A DNA stretch of 64,000 nucleotides from IMG/VR virus record IMGVR_UViG_2934319770_000001, positions 1,376 to 65,375 of that record; one strand, given 5' to 3'. The notes below the pieces were generated by a model. It saw nothing but the letters and a program-made list of their open reading frames with translations, did no database searches and was not told where the DNA came from. Numbering within the stretch: the first letter of the stretch is position 1; every line of letters begins with the position of its first letter. Shown one piece after another: positions 38,564 through 47,868 of the stretch. The DNA comes from a virus (taxonomy: Duplodnaviria > Caudoviricetes). The position numbers and the translations under genes are program-made.

Positions 38564-39606
38564 GCGTAGCCGCCTCCGCCCTGGCCGATGCCGTCGCCGA
38601 GGGCGAGCTGGCCGTCTGCGCCGGCCGCCGATCCGTGCTTGCCGAGCTGTCGGTCGAACGTGCGCCGGACGCTGTCCGCCTTGGCGTCGTCGAGGCCAAG
38701 GGCCGTGACGATGAGCGGAACGGCCTTGCCCTTGTCGGTGATGCCGAGGCCGATGAGTTGCCGGGCGGCGTCCGCGACGGTGTCCGGCTGTCCGGACAGG
38801 ATGTCCGCGCTGGTCAACGGCGCCTTCGGCTCTTGCGGAGGGAGCGGGTCCGGGGCTGTCCGGACAGCGTCCGGGCGCTCCACCCGGGCGGTGGGGGGCT
38901 GGTGTCCGAGGACCAGGGCGACGTCGACGACGGAGACGAGGATGCCGTAGCGCGTGAGCTCGGCGGCGAGCTCGGCCGGGGTAGCGGTGGGCATGGCCGA
39001 GTGGGCCGTGCGGATGGCATCGACGGGGTCGAGGGTCGCGAAGTGGGCGCGCAGGGCCTCGGTGGCGGTCCGCGGCTTGGCCGGCCGCGAAGCGGCCGCC
39101 GAGATCCCGTTGTTGGTCACGTGGGTGACGGCGCGTTCCTTCGTCGCCTTCCACGCTTCCTCGCCTGCGAGGAGCCAGCCGAATACCCCGTAACGCGGCA
39201 GGGTGACGGGGCGTTCCCCGCTGTCGGCGCGGAGCCGGGCGCGGGTCGCGGACCAGGCCAGCCCGGAGATCAGCAGGAGTGCCACGGTCGGGGTGGCGAA
39301 GAGGATGAGCGCCCCGGAGCCTCCGTGGATGTGGCCGGCGTGGAGGCGGTTGAGGCAGATGGAGCCGCTGGCCAATCCGAGGGTGGCGCAGTGGGGGCCG
39401 AGGGCGGAGCGCTGCTCCTTCGTGGCCTGATTGGCGAGGTACAGGCAGGCGATGGCGGCGCCGTCGAAGACGACGGCGGTGGATGCGGCGAGGAAGGCGG
39501 GGACGCCGTAGATGCCGTGGGCGACGACGTAGAGGGACCAGGCGGTCATGCCGGCCGCGGCGGTTCCGATGATCGCGAGGCTGGCCCACCAGACAATGCG
39601 GTTCAC
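38560..39606 (-). CDS. DUF2637/SpdA-like membrane-anchored protein
   Basis: Four N-terminal TM segments, WSLY..VFDGAAI, WLLA; ends GGGYA. Confidence 0.65.
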   Translation of the reverse strand: MNRIVWWASLAIIGTAAAGMTAWSLYVVAHGIYGVPAFLAASTAVVFDGAAIACLYLANQATKEQRSALGPHCATLGLASGSICLNRLHAGHIHGGSGALILFATPTVALLLISGLAWSATRARLRADSGERPVTLPRYGVFGWLLAGEEAWKATKERAVTHVTNNGISAAASRPAKPRTATEALRAHFATLDPVDAIRTAHSAMPTATPAELAAELTRYGILVSVVDVALVLGHQPPTARVERPDAVRTAPDPLPPQEPKAPLTSADILSGQPDTVADAARQLIGLGITDKGKAVPLIVTALGLDDAKADSVRRTFDRQLGKHGSAAGADGQLALGDGIGQGGGGYA

Positions 39607-39669
39607 GTGCTGCTCCTGGGCGGAGGAGGGCCGGGCCCGCGCGACGGCGGGCCCGGCGGTGCGTCGGGG

Positions 39670-39918
39670 TCAGCGGTGCTTCGGGCAGGGCTCGCGCAAC
39701 TCGGCGCAGCGCGGGCACTCGAACCGCTCGCGGCAGACTGTGCAGTCGCCGAGCGGCTGCTCGTGGCGGTGGCAGAGCTCGGCGACGAAGGCACCCGGCC
39801 GGTCGGCGTAGTAGGAGGCCAGGGCGGCGTCGGCCATCTCGGCGGGGTCGTACCGGCCGAGGTCGTCCGCGAACGTGGCGAGCGGCTGGCCCTCGGCGGA
39901 GAAGACGGCCCACTTCAT
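39670..39918 (-). CDS. Small Cys-rich protein
   Basis: ELCHRHEQP..CTVC..CPRC. Confidence 0.55.
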   Translation of the reverse strand: MKWAVFSAEGQPLATFADDLGRYDPAEMADAALASYYADRPGAFVAELCHRHEQPLGDCTVCRERFECPRCAELREPCPKHR

Positions 39919-40180
39919 CGGGACCACCGGCTTTCGGCCGCCTCGCGGGCGGCGGTGCCGTCGAGGTAGTCCTGCCGGCAGGTGTCGACGGTGGCGGGTT
40001 GCTCGACGACGGACATGGGGTGATCCGCGGGGTCGGGGGGCTCGGCGGGCTGGGGGTGGGTACGCTCCATGGCGGACCGCTCCTTCGTCGCTGTTGTGGG
40101 TGGTCTGGCCCCGGCCCATGTGGCGTGCCAGCGCCGGGCCGGGGCCTCACATTGAGAGGAGAGGCGGCCTCTCCAACTCG

Positions 40181-40220
40181 TTGTGCAGGGACTCTACAAG
40201 CCTGTAGGGTCTCTGCACAA
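40181..40220. promoter_or_regulatory. 18-bp inverted repeat between divergent units
   Basis: TTGTGCAGGGACTCTACA-AGCC-TGTAGGGTCTCTGCACAA (2 mismatches). Confidence 0.6.
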
Positions 40221-40258
40221 GCGTGTTGGGACGCCGCCCCGAAGCGAAGGGAGCGGGC

Positions 40259-40552
40259 GTGACGGACGAGGAGGTGGAGCGCGTGCTGAACTCGATCGAC
40301 GCGCTCGGCGAGTCTGGCGACGCCGCCGAAAGAGCGGTGCGCCTAACTCAGTTCCTCGACGAGCTGCCCGGAAAGCAGTCGCGCGCCCGTGAGCTGCGCC
40401 AGCAGGCGGTGCAAGAACTGCGCAGCGAGGGCAAGACGCTGCGTGAGATCGGCGAGCTCCTTGGGATCAGCTTCGGCCGCGTTCGGCAGATCGCCGACGG
40501 GGTGACGAACCCCCGGACCCAGAAGAAGACGGCCGGTAACTCGACCGAATGA
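40259..40552 (+). CDS. Small HTH DNA-binding protein
   Basis: GKTLREIGELLGISFGRVRQI. Confidence 0.8.
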   Translation: MTDEEVERVLNSIDALGESGDAAERAVRLTQFLDELPGKQSRARELRQQAVQELRSEGKTLREIGELLGISFGRVRQIADGVTNPRTQKKTAGNSTE

Positions 40553-40575
40553 GGCCAGTGCACCTCGCGTGCTTG

Positions 40576-40604
40576 AGGGGCCCGCACCGACGGTGCGGGC
40601 CCCT
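40576..40604 (+). terminator. Hairpin terminator
   Basis: AGGGGCCCGCACC-GAC-GGTGCGGGCCCCT. Confidence 0.6.
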
Positions 40605-40679
40605 TGCGTCTGCCCGTGTCCGCAACGCCGCTGTCTCGGTTACCGGTTCGTGGAGGAACTGGAGTAGCGGGACGGCTGG

Positions 40680-40877
40680 GTGACGACGGGCGACGACCGG
40701 GAGGTGCTGGTGGAGATCCGCGGCCCGGCCGCGGAAGCGGCGCGGGTGCGGGCGTGGATCACGGCGGCATCCGGCAGCCTCACCGGGGCCGGCACCGTCG
40801 TCACCGACGTGGTCGACGACGAGGTGCCGGGGTGGACGCGGTGTCGGATGACGGTAGTGGGGACGCGGGAGCTCTGA
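40680..40877 (+). CDS. Small hypothetical protein whose 3' end is duplicated downstream
   Basis: 65-aa ORF ending DVVDDEVPGWTRCRMTV. Confidence 0.5.
   Translation: MTTGDDREVLVEIRGPAAEAARVRAWITAASGSLTGAGTVVTDVVDDEVPGWTRCRMTVVGTREL
40805..40855 (+). repeat. Imperfect 51-bp direct repeat, copy 1
   Basis: 45/51 identity with 42980-43030 by manual alignment. Confidence 0.8.
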
Positions 40878-41020
40878 GGGTCTGGCGAACCGTCCGCGTC
40901 GATCTAATGCTCGATTTTCAGTCATTGTGATCGGTCCGCCTGCGAGGTGCGCCTGCCTCCGTTGTCATGTAGTGCAGCGGAAGCGTGGGGCTTCCGTTGT
41001 GCAACATGACTGGGGGGAAG

Positions 41021-42397
41021 TTGAGAACAGCGATCATCGCTGCTGTCACAGCCTTGACTGCGGCTACCCTGCTGCCCGCGTCGGCGTCAGCCGCTGCAAC
41101 GGATGCGCAACCGCGGGCGGAGGTTTACGCGGTGCCGATCACCACGCCTACGCCGTCGCTCGACGAGCTGCGTGATGGCTCCGGCAGCGAGCGCTTGGCC
41201 GCAGCGGCGGAAGCCGCCGGCGAGGGCTTCACGGCACTTGAGACGACCGGGCCGGCCGCTTCTTATGTGCCGAAGCTCGGGAAGCCGTCGGCGGTGGCGC
41301 CGGTTGCACCGGCGGGGAGCAGTCTGTCGTACCCGGATCCGGCGCGGTCCATGTCGCTTAATGAGTGCAGGACGAAGCTGAATCAGGGCTACCCGTTCTA
41401 CTACAAGTCCCGATTCTCGGCGTGCACCGGGAAGAAAATTTCGGTGGGGTGGTTCAGCGCGAACCGCGTCAAGGTGGGCACGAGCGAATTCTTTATTTTC
41501 ATCCGAGGGTCGGTGGGGCTGAATAGTCGAGAAATAAAGTTCGAGTACGACCTCACGGATTTCCGTAAGAGTGGCACTACCAACACATCCGGCCAGATGA
41601 TCACCCTCGAACGTCGGATCCCTGCCAAGTGGCCCGCGCAGGCAAAGTTGACCAACGGTGGCAACATGCCGGGAGCCATGTCCTTCGACGCTTTGTCGAA
41701 GATGAGGCCCGCTCATTTCGTGCACACTCTCCAGGCGGCTCCTGGCCAGGGCAAGAGCCCCGATGACTTGATCCAGGCGGTGTACCAGCCCGTCATCGTC
41801 TCCAAGCTGCCCAAGCCGTACATCAACGTCAGGAGTGAATCGAAGCTGTATGTCCTGCCGCCGCAGTGGGATGCGGCGAAGTACCTCGCCAACTCAACAG
41901 GAAGCGGCAAGCCTGCTCGGCGAGGCTCGGCTGGATTCAGCTACCTGTCGGTGCTTCAGTACAGCTCCAAGGCCGGAGCTCCTGAGCGGGCAGTGGCGCA
42001 GCACATAGACAAGGCGTTCCGCGACCCTAAGTCCACCAAACCCGAAAATTCCAAGAAAAGCATTCCTGGGTATGACGTGAACCGGCCGCTTCACCGCACG
42101 ACTGACGAGAAACGGAAGAACGCCAACCGTAGGAAGTCGATATCTCAGTGCGTCAAGTACTGGGGGAAAGGCTACTCGCAGGGTAAGAAGTTCGATTGCG
42201 ACGAGTTCCCTTTCGCCTCGACCTATGAAGGTGCCGCTCAGCGGGATTACGACAATAGTGTCATGGAGAACAATTTCTCTGTCTCGCCTATTCCTTCGAA
42301 GGAAAATCAGGCCGGTGGAAGCCTCTTGCTGAGCTTCTACGCGAAATACCGGATACTGAATGGCTTGGACGACGCCTTCGTAGTCAGAATCAACTAA
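41021..42397 (+). CDS. Secreted NucA/NucB (His-Me finger) DNase-domain protein
   Basis: Signal peptide ..LLPASASAA; PLHR..NRRKS..C..DCDEFPFASTYEG..ENQAGG; visibly lower GC. Confidence 0.85.
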   Translation: MRTAIIAAVTALTAATLLPASASAAATDAQPRAEVYAVPITTPTPSLDELRDGSGSERLAAAAEAAGEGFTALETTGPAASYVPKLGKPSAVAPVAPAGSSLSYPDPARSMSLNECRTKLNQGYPFYYKSRFSACTGKKISVGWFSANRVKVGTSEFFIFIRGSVGLNSREIKFEYDLTDFRKSGTTNTSGQMITLERRIPAKWPAQAKLTNGGNMPGAMSFDALSKMRPAHFVHTLQAAPGQGKSPDDLIQAVYQPVIVSKLPKPYINVRSESKLYVLPPQWDAAKYLANSTGSGKPARRGSAGFSYLSVLQYSSKAGAPERAVAQHIDKAFRDPKSTKPENSKKSIPGYDVNRPLHRTTDEKRKNANRRKSISQCVKYWGKGYSQGKKFDCDEFPFASTYEGAAQRDYDNSVMENNFSVSPIPSKENQAGGSLLLSFYAKYRILNGLDDAFVVRIN

Positions 42398-42401
42398 GCG
42401 G

Positions 42402-42430
42402 GGAAGGGGCGGCTGGAGGCCGCCCCTTCC
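42402..42430. terminator. Bidirectional hairpin between convergent genes
   Basis: GGAAGGGGCGGC-TGGAG-GCCGCCCCTTCC. Confidence 0.7.
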
Positions 42431-42433
42431 TTG

Positions 42434-42892
42434 TCAGTTCTTCTGCCAGAACTGGATGAGGTACTGCTCGATTCCGTCGGCGTCCTCACCCAGCTCGGTC
42501 AGATCGGACACAAGACGACGACCTGAGGAGGACACCCGCACCTGCCACGTCCCGCCGGTGCCGAGGGCGACCTCGTTCTCTGACCTTCCCATATCCCAAA
42601 AGGCAAGGTCGCCGCTGGTCGTTGTGAGGGTGGTCTCCTCCATCACGTCCCAGGTGCCGGCATCCTCCGGCGGTGCGCCGCCCCACACTTCGACGGTGGC
42701 CTTCGCGGTGTGGGTATGCCCGGCGCTGCGGAAGTCGATGCGGCCGGGCCATGACTTCACGAGCCATCCGTCGTCGAGGTCCATTTCGTCCGGGTAAGGC
42801 ACGGGGAGATCTGCGTCGTCGGACTCCTGTAGACCGAAGTGATAGAAGTTGACGGATACCTCGAACTCCTGGCGCGACAGCATTTGCGTCAT
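42434..42892 (-). CDS. Acidic protein, putative immunity partner of the nuclease
   Basis: SAGHTH..TVEVW..PP..W..EQYLIQFW; adjacent to the DNase. Confidence 0.6.
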   Translation of the reverse strand: MTQMLSRQEFEVSVNFYHFGLQESDDADLPVPYPDEMDLDDGWLVKSWPGRIDFRSAGHTHTAKATVEVWGGAPPEDAGTWDVMEETTLTTTSGDLAFWDMGRSENEVALGTGGTWQVRVSSSGRRLVSDLTELGEDADGIEQYLIQFWQKN

Positions 42893-42979
42893 AACGCCCG
42901 CCCCCTCGATGGGATGAGTAGCGAAACGGCGATGATGGTACTGCTGTGCGGACGGTGATTGGGTGGAACGCAGGAACGT

Positions 42980-43030
42980 CGACGTGGTCGACGACGGCGT
43001 GCCGGAGTGGACCCGGTGCCGGACGACGGT
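42980..43030 (+). repeat. Imperfect 51-bp direct repeat, copy 2
   Basis: Encodes DVVDDGVPEWTRCRTTV. Confidence 0.8.
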
Positions 43031-43100
43031 GACGCTGGCCCCGGAGTGATCGCCTTGCTGTGCGGGCAGGGTGCCGTGTGCTAGCTCTCGGCCGCTCGCA

Positions 43101-44114
43101 TCAGCACCGTTTCATGTCGGGGAGCCGCCTGCGGCCGGGGCGCAGCAGTCGGTTCTGAGCGGTGGTGGCGAGCACCGCCTCGTCGGGCGTCAGCGGGACG
43201 TGGGTAGTGGAGTGGCGGTGGGAGTCCTGGAGGGGGTAGCCCGACAGGAGGGCCCACCGCAGTGCGTGTGAGGGGTCGTTGGTCTCGCTGATGATCTGGA
43301 GCGTCTGTTCGATGACGTGAACGGCCAGCGTCTGGTCCGGCTGGGGCACGCGGGTGCGCAGTCCGCCGGTGGTGGCGGGAATGTCGGGGCGGGCGAGGGT
43401 CCAGCCGTACGGCGGCGGGGGCAGGGGCGCCGGCGGGACCAGCGCCAGGTCTGGGCCCCAGGAAGCCTCTGGGTTGGCCAGGTCCCACTGCTCGGCTCGC
43501 ACAGCCTCGGCGCGGTGGACGATCGTCTCGGCCAGGGCCCCGTACCGCCTGATCCGCTCCGGCAGCGTCACGGTGACGAGGTCCGACGCGTCGGCCCGCT
43601 CCGCGAGTGCGTTCATCACCGCCGGCGGGATCAGCACCTGGTGGGCGGCCTCCCGGATCAGATGGAAGATCGCCTCCACGTACCCGGGCTTCTCGACGTC
43701 GCCCCTGGTCAGTTCGTGTAGCTCCTGCGCGGCCCAGCGTGCCGCCCTCTGCGCTTCGGCCAGCCGGTGCTCCATGGCGTCCATGCTGATCAGCGGTGCC
43801 CAGGGGGCGATCGCGTCGGCGGCCTCCCGCGCCCACCGCTGTGCGTCGCTCTCCTCGGTGGGCATCTGGAGCGAGGCTACGTGGAAGCCGCCATGGCGCA
43901 AGGCCAGCCACGGACGGCTCTGGCGCTCGTCGCGGTCCGTGAGGTGAAGGACTACGTCGTGCTCCAGCTGCCACACGTGTGGCAGCTCCGGCAGTTCGTC
44001 CGCCTGCTTGATCACCAGCTGCGCGATGCTCGGCGGTGGGGTGAGCGCGGCGAGTGCCTTCTCGTGGCCCTCCGCCGCCATGTCCCCCTTGCGGGGCTGG
44101 GGGGCGTTCGTCAT
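43101..44114 (-). CDS. Hypothetical protein
   Basis: Long ORF with protein-like composition; GGGAG RBS. Confidence 0.6.
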   Translation of the reverse strand: MTNAPQPRKGDMAAEGHEKALAALTPPPSIAQLVIKQADELPELPHVWQLEHDVVLHLTDRDERQSRPWLALRHGGFHVASLQMPTEESDAQRWAREAADAIAPWAPLISMDAMEHRLAEAQRAARWAAQELHELTRGDVEKPGYVEAIFHLIREAAHQVLIPPAVMNALAERADASDLVTVTLPERIRRYGALAETIVHRAEAVRAEQWDLANPEASWGPDLALVPPAPLPPPPYGWTLARPDIPATTGGLRTRVPQPDQTLAVHVIEQTLQIISETNDPSHALRWALLSGYPLQDSHRHSTTHVPLTPDEAVLATTAQNRLLRPGRRRLPDMKRC

Positions 44115-44250
44115 CGCATGCACTCCCTGATCGTGGTGGAGCGCGCCCGCGGCGTGCGGAGCGCACATCCCCGCGCTGCGGGGAAGGGGGGAGGGCGCCC
44201 GGATCGAGGCCGAGGCCGCGTATCAGGCGCACTTGCAACACGCCCCCGAG

Positions 44251-45561
44251 CTACGCGTTCCGCCCGAGCCCCCGGCGCCAGGGCCCGGTCATCAGCTCGT
44301 ACTGCTGGATGGAGAGGCGGTCACGGACGGCTTCTGCTACGGCGGCCTCGCTCGCGACGTGAGCCGATACCTCCCACGCTCGCTCCAGCTCCAGGTCGTC
44401 GCCCGGGGAGAAGGGCGTCGAGGTCGGGAGTTCGCGGAAAACCGCCGTCATTGCAAGCTTGGATGCCACCCTGCGGGCGTCGTAGCGCCAACTGACCCAG
44501 GCAGCCTCGTCCGGTCCGTCGTCGACCTGCCGCGGTGACTGGTCGTCCCCCCACAGCTCGTGGGCCAGGTCGTGCATCGCGTGCATTTCGTCGGCAGTCA
44601 AAGTGCCGGCGCGCCGGATGATCGCTTCGACTTCCAGACCGCGGGGGCCCAGCACGGACCACCCGGGGAGTTCCTGGAGGATGACGAGCTTCTGAGCCCC
44701 CACCAGCGTGGACTTCTCGTCGACGGCGACCGGTCCGACGGGCTGTACCTGGAACAGGCGGCAGGGCCACATGACGTCTTCCAGGTCCTCGCTGGAAACG
44801 GGGTCCATCTGAAGTGCCTGGGCCGGTTCGGTGGACAGCCCGAAATAGGTCTCCGGATGGTCGAGGTCGATCCCGTGGGGCGTGCCGTCCATCGGGTGGG
44901 TGATGACCGTGCCGGGGGCGCCGGCGTAGGAGACCTGTCCGGAGTAGAAGTCGGTCCCATCTGCCCGTGTGGCCTTGAAGAAGCGGGTGTTCTCCGCGAA
45001 TTCGACGACGGGGGCGTCTTCCTGTTCCGGCTCGTCCTCCGGAGGAGGGGCGAAGTCCGCTGCGCTCGCGGCGGAGACCAAGTACGTCAGCACGCTGCGC
45101 TTTTCTTCCGTCGCGAGGCGCTGAAGCCGCTGGTGAGCAGCACTGATCCGCCAGTTGATCAGGTCCGCTACCAAGAACCGAGCCGTTTCGACCGTTGCCA
45201 GGCCGAATTCCCCCTTCCTCTCGTACGGGGGCATGTTCGGCATCGGGCTGCCCCAGGAGTGCACGCGGTTCCCCGCCACCAGTGCGCGGGTGAGCAAGAT
45301 AGCGGCCTCGAAGGTGGCGTTGGGGCCGAGGGCGAGGATGCCGCTTACCGCCTTCTCGACCTGCTCATCCGCGTCGATGGCTGCCCGTGAGACCCGAGCG
45401 TCCCGGACCAGCTCGCGGAGGGCGTGGTGCGTGTACTCCTGGCCCGGGGCGATCCGGCGGTCCAGGCGGGTGAGCAGGACGCGTAGCCGATCCGGCTCGG
45501 GCATGCGGAGCAGGAGGTCGTCGTCCTCGCGGTAGAGGTCGTGCGGGCGGCGGTCGTTCAT
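44251..45561 (-). CDS. Hypothetical multidomain protein
   Basis: 436 aa; FFKATRADGTDFYSG..WPCRLFQVQPVG..LVILQELP phage-type domain. Confidence 0.65.
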   Translation of the reverse strand: MNDRRPHDLYREDDDLLLRMPEPDRLRVLLTRLDRRIAPGQEYTHHALRELVRDARVSRAAIDADEQVEKAVSGILALGPNATFEAAILLTRALVAGNRVHSWGSPMPNMPPYERKGEFGLATVETARFLVADLINWRISAAHQRLQRLATEEKRSVLTYLVSAASAADFAPPPEDEPEQEDAPVVEFAENTRFFKATRADGTDFYSGQVSYAGAPGTVITHPMDGTPHGIDLDHPETYFGLSTEPAQALQMDPVSSEDLEDVMWPCRLFQVQPVGPVAVDEKSTLVGAQKLVILQELPGWSVLGPRGLEVEAIIRRAGTLTADEMHAMHDLAHELWGDDQSPRQVDDGPDEAAWVSWRYDARRVASKLAMTAVFRELPTSTPFSPGDDLELERAWEVSAHVASEAAVAEAVRDRLSIQQYELMTGPWRRGLGRNA

Positions 45562-45717
45562 CAGGTCCCCTCGTCGGTCGCGTGGTGATGCGGCGTATGG
45601 GCGCGTGGACGTGGCCCGTGCCGGGCGGGCCCGTCCCCGGCCACGCGGGGAACCCCGACGATGCGGGGAGCGGAGGAGTCGGCAACTCTCCGCCAGGCCA
45701 GGGTAGTGCGGTGGGCA

Positions 45718-46140
45718 CTAGGCCAGGGCGTGAACGGCCCCCAGCAGGAGGACACCGCCCGAGGTCAAGGTGATGGCTCCCCGGATGCAGCGAAACTTCG
45801 TCCGGACGAGGCGCTGCAGCGTGCGGACTTCGTCCCAGCCGGGCGCGGTGACGCGCAGGGTGAGGTCGTGGTCGTCGAGGCGGTGCCAGGAGGGCCAGCC
45901 GGATCCGCGGAGGCGGGGCCGGACTCCGGCGAGGAGGGTGATGGTGGCGAGGAGCAGGGCGCTGGCGGCGAGGTGGTGGGCGAGGGCGGTCGGGCCGTGT
46001 CCGGGGGTCTGGCCGAGGAGGGCGTAGAGGCCGCTGCCGGTGAGGGCGCTGAGGAGGGTGGCGAGGGTGTCGGCGCGCTGGAGTTCGGCGCGGAGGGTGG
46101 CGGTGGCAGCGCGGACGGCGTCGGGCTGGGTGATGGGCAC
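45718..46140 (-). CDS. Pycsar-effector-like (DUF5706) membrane protein
   Basis: ELQRADT..LL TM..V.PRL..L..L...KFRCIR TM. Confidence 0.6.
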   Translation of the reverse strand: MPITQPDAVRAATATLRAELQRADTLATLLSALTGSGLYALLGQTPGHGPTALAHHLAASALLLATITLLAGVRPRLRGSGWPSWHRLDDHDLTLRVTAPGWDEVRTLQRLVRTKFRCIRGAITLTSGGVLLLGAVHALA

Positions 46141-46257
46141 GGTTCTCCTTGGGGGTCGGGGCGGGCCCGCACCTGGGTTGGCGCGGGCCCGCCGGGTGCT
46201 AGGGCGGCGGTTCAGGCGGGTAGCTGTCCGGGGGCCACTGGTGTCCGTGGGCTCCGG

Positions 46258-46431
46258 TCAGTCGGCGGCGAGTTCGGTCTTCCAGCGCTCGACGGCTCGG
46301 ATGGCGCCGCTTTCGGTCGTATAGGTTCCGACGCGCCAGCCGGTGACATAGAGGTCCCAGCGCACGCTCTTGCCATTGGTGGTGTGCTCGCGGAGCGTCA
46401 TCTGTGGTGCTGGGTGGGTGTCGATGTGCAT
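46258..46431 (-). CDS. Small hypothetical protein
   Basis: AAGGAGG RBS. Confidence 0.5.
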   Translation of the reverse strand: MHIDTHPAPQMTLREHTTNGKSVRWDLYVTGWRVGTYTTESGAIRAVERWKTELAAD

Positions 46432-46445
46432 GGGTGGCCTCCTTG

Positions 46446-46691
46446 TCAGTCGCAGGCGGTGGACCGAGTAATGGACATGCGGCGGACGCACTGAGGGCCG
46501 GGCAGCTCGTCCCAGGGGTCGACGAGCAGGTACCGGGTGTCACTGGGGCTGATCCGGAAGCGGAGGCGGCAGGTGGCGCAGGGGCATGGGTGGGCGAGGT
46601 ACAGGCCGTGAGCGCTGGGGATGCTGCCGTGGTAGAGGACGAGGTCGCCGGGCTCGATCAGGTCGAGGCTGCGGAACAGGGTGTCGCTCAT
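46446..46691 (-). CDS. Small hypothetical protein with CPCATC
   Basis: LIEPGDLVLYHGSI..HG. Confidence 0.55.
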   Translation of the reverse strand: MSDTLFRSLDLIEPGDLVLYHGSIPSAHGLYLAHPCPCATCRLRFRISPSDTRYLLVDPWDELPGPQCVRRMSITRSTACD

Positions 46692-46747
46692 GTCGTCTCC
46701 CTGGAGCGGGCGGCGGCCGGGTGCTCCGGCCGCCGGGCGAGCGTGGT

Positions 46748-47155
46748 TCAGGCGGCGGGCTGGTAGTCGGTGTCGTCGCGGTCGCGGGCCAGCTCCCGCC
46801 GGACGACCGCCGCGACGGTCGCGGCCGGGGCCTCGACGGCCGGGAGCGTGTCGGGGGGGCGGGGCACGGTGTAGCCGGTGCGGTGGACGGTGTAGGCGGC
46901 GATCCGGTCGAGGCGGAAGGTGCGCCGGTCCTGGGTCTCGCGGTCCATGGCGATGAGGGTGATGTGGCCCGCCTTGGTGGTGCGGGTTTCGTAGATCTCG
47001 ATGGTGCGCACCGTCTCGACCAGGCGGCCCGTCTTCCGTCCGGTGGTGTCCTTCTCCTCCTTGAGGTAGGTGATGGTGACGGCGCGCTGGCGGTCGGCGG
47101 CCCGGGTGAGGTCGGCGAGGGTGGCAGTGACGGTCTGGCGGGCGGTGCGCTTCAT
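46748..47155 (-). CDS. Stand-alone WYL domain protein
   Basis: VTITY..RTIE.Y..AMDRE..RRTFRLDRI. Confidence 0.75.
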   Translation of the reverse strand: MKRTARQTVTATLADLTRAADRQRAVTITYLKEEKDTTGRKTGRLVETVRTIEIYETRTTKAGHITLIAMDRETQDRRTFRLDRIAAYTVHRTGYTVPRPPDTLPAVEAPAATVAAVVRRELARDRDDTDYQPAA

Positions 47156-47190
47156 CGTTCCCCCATCGGCTTTACATACCGCCTGGTCAG

Positions 47191-47243
47191 AGGTGGCTTG
47201 CCACCTCCAATATGACACACCCTTTGACGGGTGGCAAGCCACC
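47191..47243. promoter_or_regulatory. Two palindromic operators GGTGGC-WW-GCCACC around a TTGACG
   Basis: AGGTGGCTTGCCACCT at 47191; GGTGGCAAGCCACC at 47230. Confidence 0.65.
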
Positions 47244-47259
47244 TGAGAGGATCCGATCC

Positions 47260-47463
47260 ATGGCCAATGCGCACAGGCACAAGCAGCGCGTCATCCGCGG
47301 CGCCGATGATCAGCTCTGGGAAGACCTCGACAAGGCGGCGAAAGCGGCCGGCACCGACCGCTCGGCGATCACCCGGCACTTGTGGGAGTGGTACGTCAGC
47401 CGGCCGGGCGCCACCCTGCCTGACCGGCCGGACGTCAAGACGTGGACGACGGCGGAACGATGA
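47260..47463 (+). CDS. Ribbon-helix-helix-like regulator
   Basis: RVIRGADDQLW..AGTDRSAITR..WYV.RPGA.LP.RP. Confidence 0.7.
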   Translation: MANAHRHKQRVIRGADDQLWEDLDKAAKAAGTDRSAITRHLWEWYVSRPGATLPDRPDVKTWTTAER

Positions 47464-47840
47464 CCGCGGACCTCGTGGCGTTCCTGGGCGCCCGCCTCGA
47501 CGAAGACGAACGCGCTGCCCGTGCCGCGCTCGGTGCACCGTGGATTCGTCGGGAGGGCGTGGCCGGCGTCCACTCGGACGCCACCGACGACTACCCACAC
47601 GGTGCGCCGATCGCTGACTGCCGCCGCATACCCGCCGATTACGAGCAGAGGGTCGCCGTCGCCGAGCACATCGTGCGCCACCAGCCAGCCCGTGTACTCG
47701 CCGAAGTCGCCGCGAAGCGGCAGCTGATCGACGACACATGGGGCGGTCCGGACCAGGAGGACGTGTGGCTGCACCACCTGCGGCTGCTCGCCCTGCCGTA
47801 CGCCGATCACCCGGACTACCGCGGCGAGTGGCGGCCGTAG
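47460..47840 (+). CDS. DUF6221 family protein
   Basis: LVAFL.ARLDEDE..HIVRH.PARVLAEVAAKR..LALPYADHPDYR.EWRP. Confidence 0.8.
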   Translation: MTADLVAFLGARLDEDERAARAALGAPWIRREGVAGVHSDATDDYPHGAPIADCRRIPADYEQRVAVAEHIVRHQPARVLAEVAAKRQLIDDTWGGPDQEDVWLHHLRLLALPYADHPDYRGEWRP

Positions 47841-47868
47841 AGGCCGCCGACTCGCGTCCCAGTCGGGA

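Noticed and set aside
45718-46140. Complete Pycsar defence system
   Set aside because: No pyrimidine cyclase is recognisable nearby.
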